A stretch of 64,000 bases of DNA from Camelus ferus (Eukaryota), in contig NC_045707.1 of NCBI RefSeq assembly GCF_009834535.1, forward strand, positions 48,610,001 through 48,674,000, read 5' to 3'. The notes beneath the pieces are model-generated. The model saw only the letters and a list, made by a program, of their open reading frames with translations, had not been told where the DNA came from and ran no database searches. The position numbers were made by a program, and so were the translations under genes. This document shows, one piece after another, positions 22,101 through 34,465 of this stretch; within the stretch, counting starts at the first letter, position 1, and every line of letters begins with the position of its first letter.

Positions 22101-25100
22101 AATTTGCGTCTTTTCATTTGTCCCAATCTGCAAAGTTGAAAATTTCAGAGACAAGACTATGGGAAATACTTTTTAGCTAAGAAGCTTCACTCACGTAAGG
22201 GTTGCCTGGGTTTTTGGCTGCTCTTTGCCTAGCTGACTTCAGTTTTCCTCAAATTATGCTAAACCCTAAGGAATCAAGATGAAGGATAAAGTATCTATAA
22301 GCCACATTTTGCAGACTTTGTGATTCAAAATCAGTTGAATTGATATTTATTTCTTATAAAATATATCTCGAATATATTCACCATTTGCCTCTGATTAGAA
22401 AGTAGACTCTAATTTTTGCTTATTTTTTAGTTTTTTCTCTAGGAGTTTCAATTTATGTTAGATCTTTTGGTTTATATTAGATATTTCTTAAATGTTTTTT
22501 TTCTCCTGTGTACCATGTAGTTAGGGATACATTCATGGTAATGAAAAATATTTAGAGACACATACTTTTTTTTTCTTTTTTTAACATTTCTGTTCCATAT
22601 ACTCACAATGGTCTTTCAGCTGGGTTTTGGTCAGCATGATTTATAGTTGCAAACACTTTATAGAAAACTGAAATTGTCCCTGTGCCTGGAAAATGTGTGT
22701 GTTCTTTAAGACAATGGAAAAGAAAAGCACCTTTAGTGCACACTCAGATCCTCTTCTGGAATCCTGAAAGTCAAGAGTCATTAAACCAGGATTATCTTGC
22801 AATTTATACCTCACAGGGGAATGTTTCCACTTCTGGGAAATGCATAATATTCTTAAAATCCCATAGGATTTGGGGGGTTGGGAGGAGCAAATAGCCCTCC
22901 AAAACCAATCAAGATCTGTGATGACTTACTTCCTTTAGGTTTATTACTGCTCCCCAGTCTCTTCTAGGCCACTGATTAAATAATTTATTTGCTAAATTCA
23001 GGGGCTTTTAAACATATTGATCAGTTAATAGTAAAGCATACCTCAGGCTTTGAATACAATATGGTTCTCGAGACTGTCTATAACTCAGTTATGTGACAAT
23101 TTGAAGATATGATAAAAAATCTAATAATGCATGGGAGGTTGGTGCACTGGGAAATACCCAGAAATGGGATAAAGAAAAAAAAAAGGCACATGTGAAAGGA
23201 AGAGATGACCCAGAGATTTAAAATAATGCTAGTGGAACAATCAGAAAAGAGAAATATTTGGTGAAACTGTGGACAAGGGAAAACAACCATAACAACAACA
23301 GAAGCATAATATAAAACTCACTGCAGCATTCTATGCCCCAGTGTTCAGATACAACTTTTGATTGCAACGTAAAGAAATAATCTATGCTTAAATCACTGTT
23401 AAAACAGAAGAAAAGGAGAAAAATATTTTTTAAAATTTATACTCATGCCAGTAAGGCACGGTTAAAAGTTCATTCCAATTCTGTGAAATACCACTATTGC
23501 TGACACAATTTCAATGCTTTGTGACTTTTACCAGCTTAACCTCAGGCAGCTCTCAAAAACCTACAAATGTTTCCAACTCCAGTGTTTATTGGTCCTTTTG
23601 TAATATAAATAGATAGTGGAGAAATTGGCCTTGAGGTATATATAATGATAGAAATATTCTATAATATGGAAGGAAGGTACTCTTTTTCTTGATCCATAAA
23701 TTCCCTGAAAGACCTGAATTACCTGCAATAAGAAAGTAGAGAAAATGCTTGGGCATGCAGAATCCAAAATAACTTTTTCATAAGGAAATTTTTATCATTG
23801 CAACTTGATGGATGAGAAGACTATTCTAGGTATTTTGTTGTTATATTCAGGAGGCTGAATTCTAACTGAATTACATTTATTTAAAGATCATGGTGAAATG
23901 ACTTTATTTTTATTTTGTGTGTTTAGTCACATGATTCAGTATCTCAGCTATACCTTCTAAGTGAAGCTAATACAAACACTCACCCCTTTTAATGTAGAAT
24001 GGTAAGTGCCAAGTTGACATGAAGGATGCGTATTAATGGTCTTTTACTGTCTATCTGCATGAGGAATCCCCAGTGGCTTTTGTTGTTGTTGTTGTTGTTG
24101 TTAATGAATTTATCCCCATAATGTACTTTGAATCCACTCTTTTGTTATTATAAATGCCTTAAATGGAAAGTGTCCTAGAGCAAGGTGTTCTTCGCAAAAA
24201 CAAGAACAATAACAACTACAAAACAAAAACAAAAAAAAACCAAACCAAAAGAAACTCATCCATGTGATTAATCCTATCCACTCCTTTATTTTGCTGGCTT
24301 TATCTCTCAAACGAGATTTGCCTTGCTTCCCCTAATTTCTTCTTGAGCTTCTCTTTTTCTCTGAAAACTCATTACCAAGAGGAAGAGATATTAAAAGAAG
24401 ATAGGTCAATATTACTTATCCTGGAATTGATCTAAATTGAATTGCACCATAGGTTAAGGCCCACACACAACCAATGAATTGTTTGATGTGTCACAAAGAC
24501 AGAGCAGAGGAAATTTGGTTTTTCAATTTGGTAAAAACCTAATGTTACCAAAATAATGTTTATAAATTGTCAGATCATCTTTGCAAATGCCGACTGCTTT
24601 GCATACAGACTTCTCCTTTATTTAGCCGATATAAATAACTTGCATGACATGTTTGTTTTTTTCCTCTTTTCCTTGAAAAACACCAAGAGCAAGATATCAC
24701 AAGAGTTCTTATAAACAGAGAACAGCTGAACATATATTGTAGAGGACACTTCCTTTGTAAGAAGGAAATTCTTGACAATGATTTTTACCACTTAAGTTTT
24801 ATAGTAAATTAATGGAAGTAATTATGTACAAATTTTATTTTTCTATTTATTCTTGCAATAACAAATATTGCCAGCAATTCTACACTGGCTCCCAGAAAAA
24901 TTTTTTCAAATATACAGCTTTTCTCTATCTTTCTTCTGTTGAAATTCAGCTCCTTCCTTTTATCTTTCTTATATTTTTCAGCAGATGATGGGAATTTGAA
25001 ATAGAACCCCTCTTGAAATTTTATGAATTGAATCTGAACAGATCAGAGCTCAGTTCTATCAGCTGCACCTGTCACATTGCCTCTCCGAAATGGACATGTC

Positions 25101-25369
25101 CACATAGACATCAAAAAACAAAAAGGAAAAATCCTGTGGCAAGTAAAAAGGATTTTTTCCTGTGGTATTAAGTATACCCAAAGATTAAAGACTTGTTGAA
25201 ATTCATAAAATATATGTGGAAAGCAACTGATGACAGGAACTTGAGAGAATCAGAATTTTTAAAATAATTTATTCTGCAAGGAAGTTATTGAATGCAAAGA
25301 GAGACAAGGTAAATTTGATGGGAGTAGGAGGCTAAGGGATCCCTACGCTAAGTCGAATTTTTGTCGTGC

Positions 25370-25735
25370 TGTGCTCTGGCTGACACTGGCCAGGTTGCTA
25401 TTTCTTGAATATGCCCAAACATGCCACTGCTTGGGGTTTGGGGCATTTCCTATTCTCCATATCTGGAAAATTCTTCTCTCAGATAGTCACATGGCCCACT
25501 CCATCAGTTTATTTGGGTATCTATTCAAATGTTACTTATTGGAGATAAATTTTCTATCCTCTTATTTAAATAGCACATCCCTGTCAATCTCTAACTTTCT
25601 TCTTTGCTTATCTTCTCTTCTTAGTATCTATAACCACCTAATATATAATTTGTTCTCAGATATATCGCCAATGCCTACAACAGTGTGTGGAACTCTATGG
25701 AGGTTCAATTTATACATACTGAATAGAGAAATAAT
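25370..25735 (+). mobile_element. L2 3' region
   Basis: ttcttgaatatgcccaaacatgcc...ctattcaaatgttacttattggaga...atgcctacaacagtgtgtggaactctatggaggttcaat. Confidence 0.7.
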
Positions 25736-25809
25736 TTAAAAAATTACATCTGTCATCCAGTGAAATCTTTTCAGTGTACCTGAAATATTATGATATATTC
25801 TGAGATATC

Positions 25810-26545
25810 AGAATGAGCTAACACTACACGTATTGGAATGGCTAAAACTTTACAAAAACCTACTATACTAAGTGTTGCCAAAGTTGTTAGGGAATTGGAA
25901 CTGTTACACACTCTTGTGAAGGATGAGAAATGGTACAAACATTTATAGTTTGGCTGTTCCTTAAAGAGTTAAACATAAACTCAGCTATTTCACTCCCAGT
26001 TATTTACTCAAGAGAAAGAAAAGCGTATGTTCTTATAAAAACTTTTACATGAATGTAAATATCAGCTCTATTTGTAATAGTTAAAAATTGCAAACAATCT
26101 GAATGTTCATCAGCAGATGAATGGATAAACAAACTGCTGTATATTTATAAAATAGAGTACTAGTTAGTCACTAATAGAGAGTAATTTATCCTACAACATG
26201 GATGTAAATGTCAAAAAATTATGTTAAGTAAAAGAAGCTCTGTAAAATAGAATACAATATACGGTACTATTTATTCTAGCAAATGAAAATTAACATACAG
26301 TGGTAGAAAGCAGATAGATAAGTGGCTGCCTTCTATGGGAGGAGGGAGAGGAGAGACAGGAGTGAGGGATTACAAAGGGGCAGGAGGAAACTTCTAGAGG
26401 TGATTTTGTTCAATGTCTCAATTGTGGTGATGGCTTTCTGGAGATATATATATATGTATGTGTTAAAGCATCACATTTTGCACAATAAATATGTGCAATT
26501 ATTTTATGTCAGTTATGTCTCAATGATTCTTGAAAAAAAAAAAAG
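25810..26545 (+). mobile_element. Old L1M (L1MC/MD/ME) 3' portion
   Basis: ggaatggctaaaa...tcagctatttcactcccagttatttactcaagagaaa...cagatgaatggataaacaaactg, A-rich tail ending near 26544. Confidence 0.85.
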
Positions 26546-27369
26546 CACTATAAAGACCATCATCCACGTATCTCAATCTTTTGCTCTAGGCTACCTCATA
26601 GGTGTCACTGGTTGTGCAGATTGGTTGACATTGGGTCAAGGGCTCACTGTTGGATTTATCAGCTCTGGGTAGAATGTGGAGATGTGGTATCTGTCTGCTG
26701 TCATCCTAAAGATGTTCTGTTTAAGGAATTACTTCAGATTGAAGGGCTGCAGGCATTCTGAAACTTGGCCTGTTTAGCACACAATCTAACGTAAAGGAAA
26801 ATGCAAATATCACCAAGAATAGATACAAAATTAGGTAAGATTGAAACATTTCTTACCAGTCATTGCCCCTCAGGCTGGTTTACAGGTCCAGTTTAGTAGC
26901 GACCCTGTTAAACTTCTCTAGCACTTCCATTTATTCTGGTAATTTCAAATTTCACAATCCACATTCCTAAGAAGTTGTTGTTACTGAGACTTTTGACTTT
27001 GGTTTGAAATACAGCGCTACACTCTACCAGCCATCTTGTTTTACCACACGTCTTTGATAGCTATTTAAGGCTATTAATATTGAATTAATGTTCAAGGAAG
27101 TTTACAGTTACTCACTAGGGGAAAGAGAATATTAAGTTAAGCACAAACCTTCTTAGCATTGGGTCAGCAAAGAGATGCTCATGTTTTATTGCTAATTAAA
27201 ACTCAGATTTCATTTTTCCCTGTTTCATACAATCTAGTTTTCCTTTCTTAAAAAGGCTACTCGGGTGAATAATTATATACTTACTATCCCAAGATGTTTA
27301 GTGGACAGATTTTAAGAAGGCATTAGGACAGTTGCACAAGAGGAGATTAAGAGTTGAATGAATCACATA

Positions 27370-27510
27370 GTAGGTATTGTTCATTATTCCTTTAAAATGT
27401 ATTCATCAAGCATTTCCTATGTGTTAGGCATCATGTTGGAACTGGATGAACAATAGTGAACAAAAATTGATCTGTTTTTTTTTTCCCTCTCAAATAGCTT
27501 ATAGTGCAGA
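27370..27510 (-). mobile_element. L2 3' end
   Basis: tattcatcaagcatttcctatgtgttaggcatcatgttgg...atagtgaacaaaa...ccctctcaaatagcttatagt. Confidence 0.65.
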
Positions 27511-27759
27511 AAATGCATTCAGTTAGATGTATACTTTATCCCAAACTCCAACTCCTGGTTCTTTATCTCTCATTCCCACACAAATCATCTTAATTCAGTT
27601 AATTCATACTTATATTCATGAGGTTATGGAGCAGCTAGGATGAGAGGATTTTATACAATATGTTCTGAGAAGATAAGCCTTTCTCCTCATCTTCCTCTTT
27701 ACCCCCCTCTTCCTCTTCTTCCTTCTTGTCTTCTCTGTCTTCATCCCTCTTCTTTGACC

Positions 27760-29260
27760 ATTTTCAATTTTTAATTTTTAAATAATTTCAGATGCCTCCT
27801 AAATTTGCAAAATTTGTGCAAAGGAGTCTCACATATCACAACCCAGATTTCCCAACTTTTTACCACCATTGCTTTCTCTCTCTCTCTCTGTCTCTTTGTG
27901 GGTATGGCTATGGATATAGACAGAAATGTAGATAAAAATGTAGCTATATCTCATTTTTTTCTGAAATGTTTCAGAGTAAGTTGCAGACATGATACCTGTA
28001 CATCTAAATACATTAGTATACATTTTCAGCTACTTAACCACATGTCTATGAATGCAATCAAGAAACTAAAAATTCCATCATATATATAGTATGTATATAT
28101 ACATATGAATATTATTTAGCCATTAAAAACAAATAATTTCTGCCATTTACAACAACATGGATGGACCTTGAAGGCATTATGCTTAGTGAAACAAGTCAGA
28201 CAGAGAAAGACAAACACTATATGATCTCACTTATATGTACTGTCTAATTAAAACAGAGAAAAAAATCAGATTTGTTGTTACCAGAGCTGGGGAGGGGGAG
28301 GAATTGGAGAAAGGTGGTCAAAAGGTACACATTTCCAGTCATAAGATAAATAAGTACTAGGGATGGAACGTACAACATGATGACTATCATTAATACTGCT
28401 GTATGAGGCATAGGAAAGTTGTTAAGAGAGTAGATACTGAAAGTTCATATCACGAGAATTTTTTTCTTTCTTTTTTATTGTATCTATATGAGATGGTAGA
28501 TGTTAACTAAACCTATTGTGGTAACTATTTCACAGTATGTAAATCAAACCATCAAGCTGTATACCTTAAATGTATACATTGCTGTATGTTCATTATTTCT
28601 CAATAAAACTGAAAAAAATTTAAAAGAAACTAAAAATAATACTAGTATCTAATTTATAAGCCACATTCAAATTCAGCCATCTGTACCACTAACACAACTA
28701 TTGTTCTTAATCAGACCAGGATCACATGTTGTGTATAGTTGTCATGTCTCTTTATGTCCCTTTAAAATCTAAAGCAGATCCTCTTTTTTTTTTTTTTGGT
28801 CCTTCAGGACTTAGACATTTTTGAAGAATATCATACAATTATTTTGTAAAATGTTCCTCTGTTTGGGTTTGTCTAATGTTTCCTTATCGTTAGATTTAAG
28901 TTAGGAATTTTTGGAAGGAAAATCACAGGAATGATGTCTTTCTCAGTGTATCATGATGTACCATTAATAGGATAGTAATTTAACTTTGTCCCATGTGATA
29001 AATGTGGTACCTGCCAACTTTCTTAAATGTAAATTTACAATTTTTCATTTTGCAATTAATAACTATCTAATTGAGAGCTACTTTGAGATTATATAACCAT
29101 CCTGCTTCTCACTATATCTTTATCTACAAATCCATTGATGATACCTGCTGTGATTATTACTAGGATACTAGGGTGGTTTCCAAATAGTGATTTTCTATTT
29201 CTATCATTTCTTACACCTTTTAAAGTTGAAATTCTGTTTAGGAAGAGCTATCTGTTCTCC
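27760..29260 (-). mobile_element. L1MC-type 3' UTR, split by a younger L1
   Basis: aaataatttcagat...aaatttgcaaaa; resumes after 28637 with gggtttgtctaatgtttccttatcgttagatttaagtta. Confidence 0.7.
28074..28623 (+). mobile_element. 5'-truncated L1 (L1MA/MB-type) with 14 bp TSD
   Basis: aacaacatggatggaccttgaaggcattatgcttagtgaaacaagtcagacagagaaagacaaa...ctcaataaaactgaaaaaaa. AAGAAACTAAAAAT at 28060-28073 and 28624-28637. Confidence 0.92.
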
Positions 29261-30089
29261 CCAGGTAAACTTCATTTCTGAGTCCTCACCATCTGTTTAC
29301 CCATCTATCTATCCATCTCTCTCTCTATTTACTTTTTATCCATCTATTGCATCATTATACGTAGTACCAAAGAGCGTCACGGTACAGACCTATTTTATTT
29401 TTCTCACTTAACCGAGTTTCCATGGAAAAATCAGTGATGGCCCTACTCACAATATTATCTCTCTAAAGACAACTAAGTATTCATGAGGTCTTTAAAAATT
29501 ACTGGGTTTTTTTTCAAGGATTACATCAGAAAGCAGGATAAAAGTCCATTCTTTAAAATCCGTTGGAGCCTTGTCCATAAGGGAGAGATTTATACTTTCC
29601 AAAGTGACTTCACATCATCAGATGAATCCAGATATATTCATGAACATGCATGTAGACTATCTCCTAGTCTCCTTGTCAAGAGAGAATCCATAATTGGATT
29701 TAGACTGAAAGCGTAAGGTTTGACTGCTGTAAATTTGATGTTTCTCTCAAATTTACTGAGCGTCTGATGCAAGTCCCATGCTTTACACTTACTTGAAAGA
29801 TTAAGACTTCTTGCATCTTCTCGTGATATCCCTGACATCCGTCCGTGGTCTGATCTGATTTGAACTTCCCAAATTTGAGATTTTAGTGACAGTGTGCCAT
29901 GGTGGCAAGGTACAGATTGGGAACTCAAAAGATTACATGTGAAAATCAACTAAGTGAATTTAACCTAAGCACATGGCAACACATTTCAGAAATAGAAGCA
30001 CTAATAAACTTTTATTTGAAACTGTAGAAAAGGCACAGGTTTTAATTTTATAATACAAAAATTGTGGAATAAAAATATAATCAGAGATG

Positions 30090-30300
30090 TCATTTATTCA
30101 ATGCCTAATATGCCCAGTGCTTTACATATACCATTTGAAAGTCTAATAAAACCCTACAAAGTCCATGTTAATATTCCAATTTTTTAAATCTTCAGCAGGG
30201 GTTTTGGAGAGGCTGTGTAATTGAACTGAGTTCAAAGCTAACAAGTAGAAGACCTGGAATTCAAATCTAAGTCTGTCTTAATTAAAAAGGCATGTTTTCT
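30090..30300 (-). mobile_element. MIR
   Basis: catttattcaatgcctaatatgcccagtgctttacatata...ctggaattcaaatctaagtctgtct. Confidence 0.7.
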
Positions 30301-32382
30301 CTCTTCATTTCAGAGATTATATACCTGTTACCAGTAATACATATACAGAGGAATAAACAGATATAGTCTACAAAATCAGTAAGAGTAAACACTGATGAGA
30401 CTGTGTGGCAGAAAAAGAAAATTCTCTTATTTTTAGATGCAGCAGAATATTCAAGTTGAAAGTTTATTTGACTTGGCTTTGCTTATTTTGTTCCACTTAT
30501 CTCTTTCCTTCTCCATAATATTAGTATATTTAAAGACCTGCACATATGCTCAAAAATGTATTATTTAAAACCTTTAAAACCCGAGACATAATGATAGCAA
30601 TGATATTTATCCTCATGATGATATATAACTGGACTGAGCTTTGAGCTCCCATTTCTGTAACTGTAAGTTGAACTCTCTAGATTGAATTTTCTGTTTTAAC
30701 AGCAGGTGGTGGTACTGGGTTATTCTATTAAGTGTAAGTACTTAGTTATCGATATTGCTATATTAATGAAAGTAATATGTAATACATACTTTGTATTGCC
30801 ATTTACATCATACTGCTAAGATTTACTTTATAAAATAATACACATGATGAAATCTTATATTACATGAAAGCTATTGCATATACATAAATCCTTTAGAAGA
30901 AAGAAAATGATTGTATACATACTAAACATATTATTTAAATCATTTAAATAGATCAGTATCTCATATAATCATTTAAATGATTTTTAACTTTTTTGTTAAT
31001 AAATATGATTTACTATTGGTGATACAATATTTGTACTCTAAATTTGTAATTATTATAAAAATAATAGTGCTAAATGATAAAGACTAAAGAAATCCTTTTC
31101 ATTTAGTAAAAGAATGGATGGAAAAATGATGCTTTTTCTCACTCTTTCAATTAATTTCCAGTAGGGTACAATGATTACTTTTAATCACTTTCAACCAACC
31201 CTATAATGCACTCTATACTTTCTGTTACTCACCAATCTATATTCTCATTCCATTATATTTAGTATCTTTAAATAATCTATTTTGAGTCTTGGCTACATTT
31301 CAATTCTTCATTAGTTTTTAGCGAAGCTTAAAGAGATTGGTATTTTCCACTCTTCTATCTGACACTGGATTTGGTTGAATGGTGGGAAGGAGATAAGGAA
31401 AAAGGAGAGTACTGTGCTTTTTAAAAAACCATTGCTCTTACTGGTGAAATTATATTTGAATGTTGTGGTTCACCATGCCCTGATGATAATTATGATGTTA
31501 AACTATTTGAGCCAGTCTCTCTGAGGTCCCCAGTCACACAATGCAAAGGTAATATTTATAATCTTGAATGATTCATGGACAGTATTAGGCAGCAGATGGC
31601 ATCTCTAAAGATTTTAATGACTGTTTTGCAGTGCCTGCTTTATGGCAGATGGAATGGAGGTGTGGAGAGGCAGGGGGCTGGGAACTGTTGGAATGAGGTT
31701 GAATCAGGTGGTTGGCAGGAATCAGGGGTCCTGTGGAAGGAAAAGAGGTTAAAATAGAGACAGGAATTGAAGAGAAATATGGTCAGTTAGCAATAGAACT
31801 AAAAGTGCTGTACAGCAGAGTCTGTGAAGTGGAGATGCGAGGACCATTTACATTTTATTTTAGGGCTAATCTATACCACTTCAACATTTTTATGGTGGCC
31901 ACTCTGAAAGTGTAACTGGAGTTTGGGGTTGAAGAGATTACCAAAGTGTTCCAAATGATCAGCTGTGTCTATGGCAGAGGTGACATGAGTAGAAGCAGTA
32001 CCTCCAATTGTATGCTCAAAGGGCTACTTTGGAAGAGGCTGCTTAAAACCTGAGCCTTCTATCCCCTCCCTAGCATCTTGCAGTCGTCATCATTTCCAGA
32101 TAGGAAGCCACCCAACAGAGTGGCAAAAATTTCAGCTTATTTTAAAATGAAGAATGTCACTAGCAAATTTTAAGGCTCCTTTCAATTTAAAAATTCTTGG
32201 CTTATATTTGATTTTCAACATGTGATCCAAAGACTAGCAGATTTAGTTGGGATGCATGTATATAGGTTTTATGTATACATATACACAAATATATCATATA
32301 AAATATGATATATGGTATATGATCATTCATTTCATATATGTAATATATACATGTATGCAATATATATTATGCAGTTTATATA

Positions 32383-32850
32383 CAGATGGTCTTCAACTTA
32401 CGATAGTCCAGCTTAATGACTTCTTAGCTTATGATTGTATGAAAATGATATGCATTTAGCAGAAACCATCCCTTTGAATTTTGAATTTTGGCCCTTTTCT
32501 GGGCTAAGACATGTGGCAAGGTACTCTTGTGATGCTGGGTAGAGGCAGTGAGCCACAGCTCCCAGTCAGGCAGAACCTGTAATATGCTTACAACCATTCT
32601 GTATGCAGACAACCATTGCTTTTCACTCTCAGTACAGTATTCAATGAATTTCATGAGATAGTCAACACTTTATTCTAAAATAAGCTTTGTGTTAGATGAT
32701 TTTGTCCAACTGCAGGCTAATGTAAGTGTTCTGAGCACAGTTAAGGTAGTCTAGGCTAAGCTTTGATGTTTGGTAGGTTAGGTGTATTAAGTACATTTTT
32801 GATTTAGGATATTTTCCGTTGGGAATCCATCGTAAGTTGAGGAAGATCTG
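32383..32850 (-). mobile_element. MER47/Tigger5-family non-autonomous DNA transposon, complete
   Basis: Terminal inverted repeats cagatggtcttcaacttacgat ... atcgtaagttgaggaagatctg, with TA duplications at 32381-32382 and 32851-32852. Confidence 0.9.
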
Positions 32851-32874
32851 TATTCTTAAAGTTGCAAACTATAC

Positions 32875-32978
32875 TACTGAAATAGAAGTTCTGGCAGGTG
32901 GCAACTTTGGAATTACATTTAAACAACTTTCTCCAGATAACTATTATGCATAGTATATGTGAGAACCTCTGATTTAGA
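32875..32978. mobile_element. MER5-like fragment
   Basis: catttaaacaactttctccagataactattatgcatagtatatgtgagaacctctgatttaga. Confidence 0.55.
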
Positions 32979-33889
32979 TATTCTAATGATAGTTGCTAAA
33001 AGTAGTAGCTTCATTATATTATAGGGAAAACAAAACAAAACAAAAAGAAGTAGCACAGGTCTAGTAGAGACAAATCAAGTTTGTGTGGCTTGAAACCTAT
33101 ACCCTCTTTAAGGAATACAAGAAAACAATTAGAAATTAAAAATTAGACACAGTGTCTTCAGAGTAAATCAACTTCTGAAGCTTAAACATTGAGGCCAGCT
33201 TCACTTTTTATCACCGTGGACATGTTTCTGGGCCTTTCTGAGTTGAGAATAATAATCTCATGGGGTTGTCAAGATCAAAAAAGCGAACAGCCCTTCATAG
33301 AAAGTGCAACACCCCACAGCTATGGAGGATATCATCCTCTTCGAAGACCTCCTGTCACCTAGTTCATATGCAAGGGTGTGAAGCCAATAGATTGTGAGAC
33401 ACTGAGTAGGACAAGTATGCACACTTGTATCCCCTGTCTACTCTTCTGGAGAAATCCAACACTCCTACACACTCAGCCCTTAGTGAGTATTTGCTGAATA
33501 AATAACTGACTGAATGATGAATAAATGAGTGGGTGAGTGAATAAAAGAAAGGAAAGGCTCATGGTCCACCTGCTGCTGTCATAAAGTATGATTGGGAAGA
33601 ACCTCAGAGGTGACTTGTTCCTTTGAGGATTCTAAATTGGTTAAGTTTATGCCGAGATGAACGTGATTAATTCAGTTGAATGGAATTTACCTGTAAGGAT
33701 CTCCAGCACAAATAACCTTTTTTCAAAGCTTTGGAAGGAAGGAGCCTGTGTTTGCAAGAAGCAACAAGAAAGCTTTTCCAAAAAGCATTTTTTCATTTTC
33801 ATTCCAACATTAGTGTACTGATGGTATTTATTCACCTTGTATACCAGGGTGGCTTCACTGAAAAGTATTTGGGCTTTTAAAATAGGCAA

Positions 33890-34110
33890 AATTAATATTT
33901 ACTAAGTGTCCCCTGTGGAAAAAGCACAGGAAATTACACTAAATCCATACCATAACCCATGAAATCAGGTTTTTCTTACTGGAAAATTGGGGCTTCAGGA
34001 GCTTAATAATTCCCAAACATCACAAGATCTTGGATATTATACAAGATATTACAAATAAGTTTCAAACCCCAAACTCTCTGATTTAATACCCATGGTCTTC
34101 TACTATATAA
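33890..34110 (-). mobile_element. MIR
   Basis: aatatttactaagtgtcccctgtg...ggaaaattggggcttcagg...gtttcaaaccccaaactctctga. Confidence 0.55.
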
Positions 34111-34344
34111 TTTTAAGTAACAAAATATTGGTTTTTGCAATTTTTAAAAGTATGAATAGACAGAGAGCTCCTCTATTTTAATTATTTCCTTGTTGAGAAA
34201 TAATTTTTAATTATATGTATTAATTTTATAACATTTTCTATTGGGGTCATAAAAGGCTATACATTTCCTGGTGAAGGTCCCCAAACTGTGGCTAAATCCC
34301 ACCATCCCTACATACAATGTGGCAAAATTGTATGAGGAACTCAA

Positions 34345-34465
34345 ATTACACATATACACACATACAAAATACACTCCATACACACTGTAGACACACACAT
34401 GCATACATATATATATGTGCAAATCTATGGATCTCTGTGTATATACATATGTACATATATATACC
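34345..34465. repeat. Degenerate (CA/TA)n low-complexity tract
   Basis: acacatatacacacatac...atatatatatgtg...atatacatatgtacatatatatacc. Confidence 0.8.

Noticed and set aside
25371..26672. ORFs of 122 aa and 116 aa
   Set aside because: They lie mostly within L2 and L1M 3' remnants, so are chance open frames.
27680..27760. Polypyrimidine tract as H-DNA (also the purine tract 56720-56840)
   Set aside because: No clear mirror symmetry. Ordinary low-complexity sequence next to retroelement tails.
30938..30982. 16 bp palindrome AATCATTTAAATGATT with a nearby partial repeat
   Set aside because: Unremarkable in very AT-rich DNA, with no associated structure.
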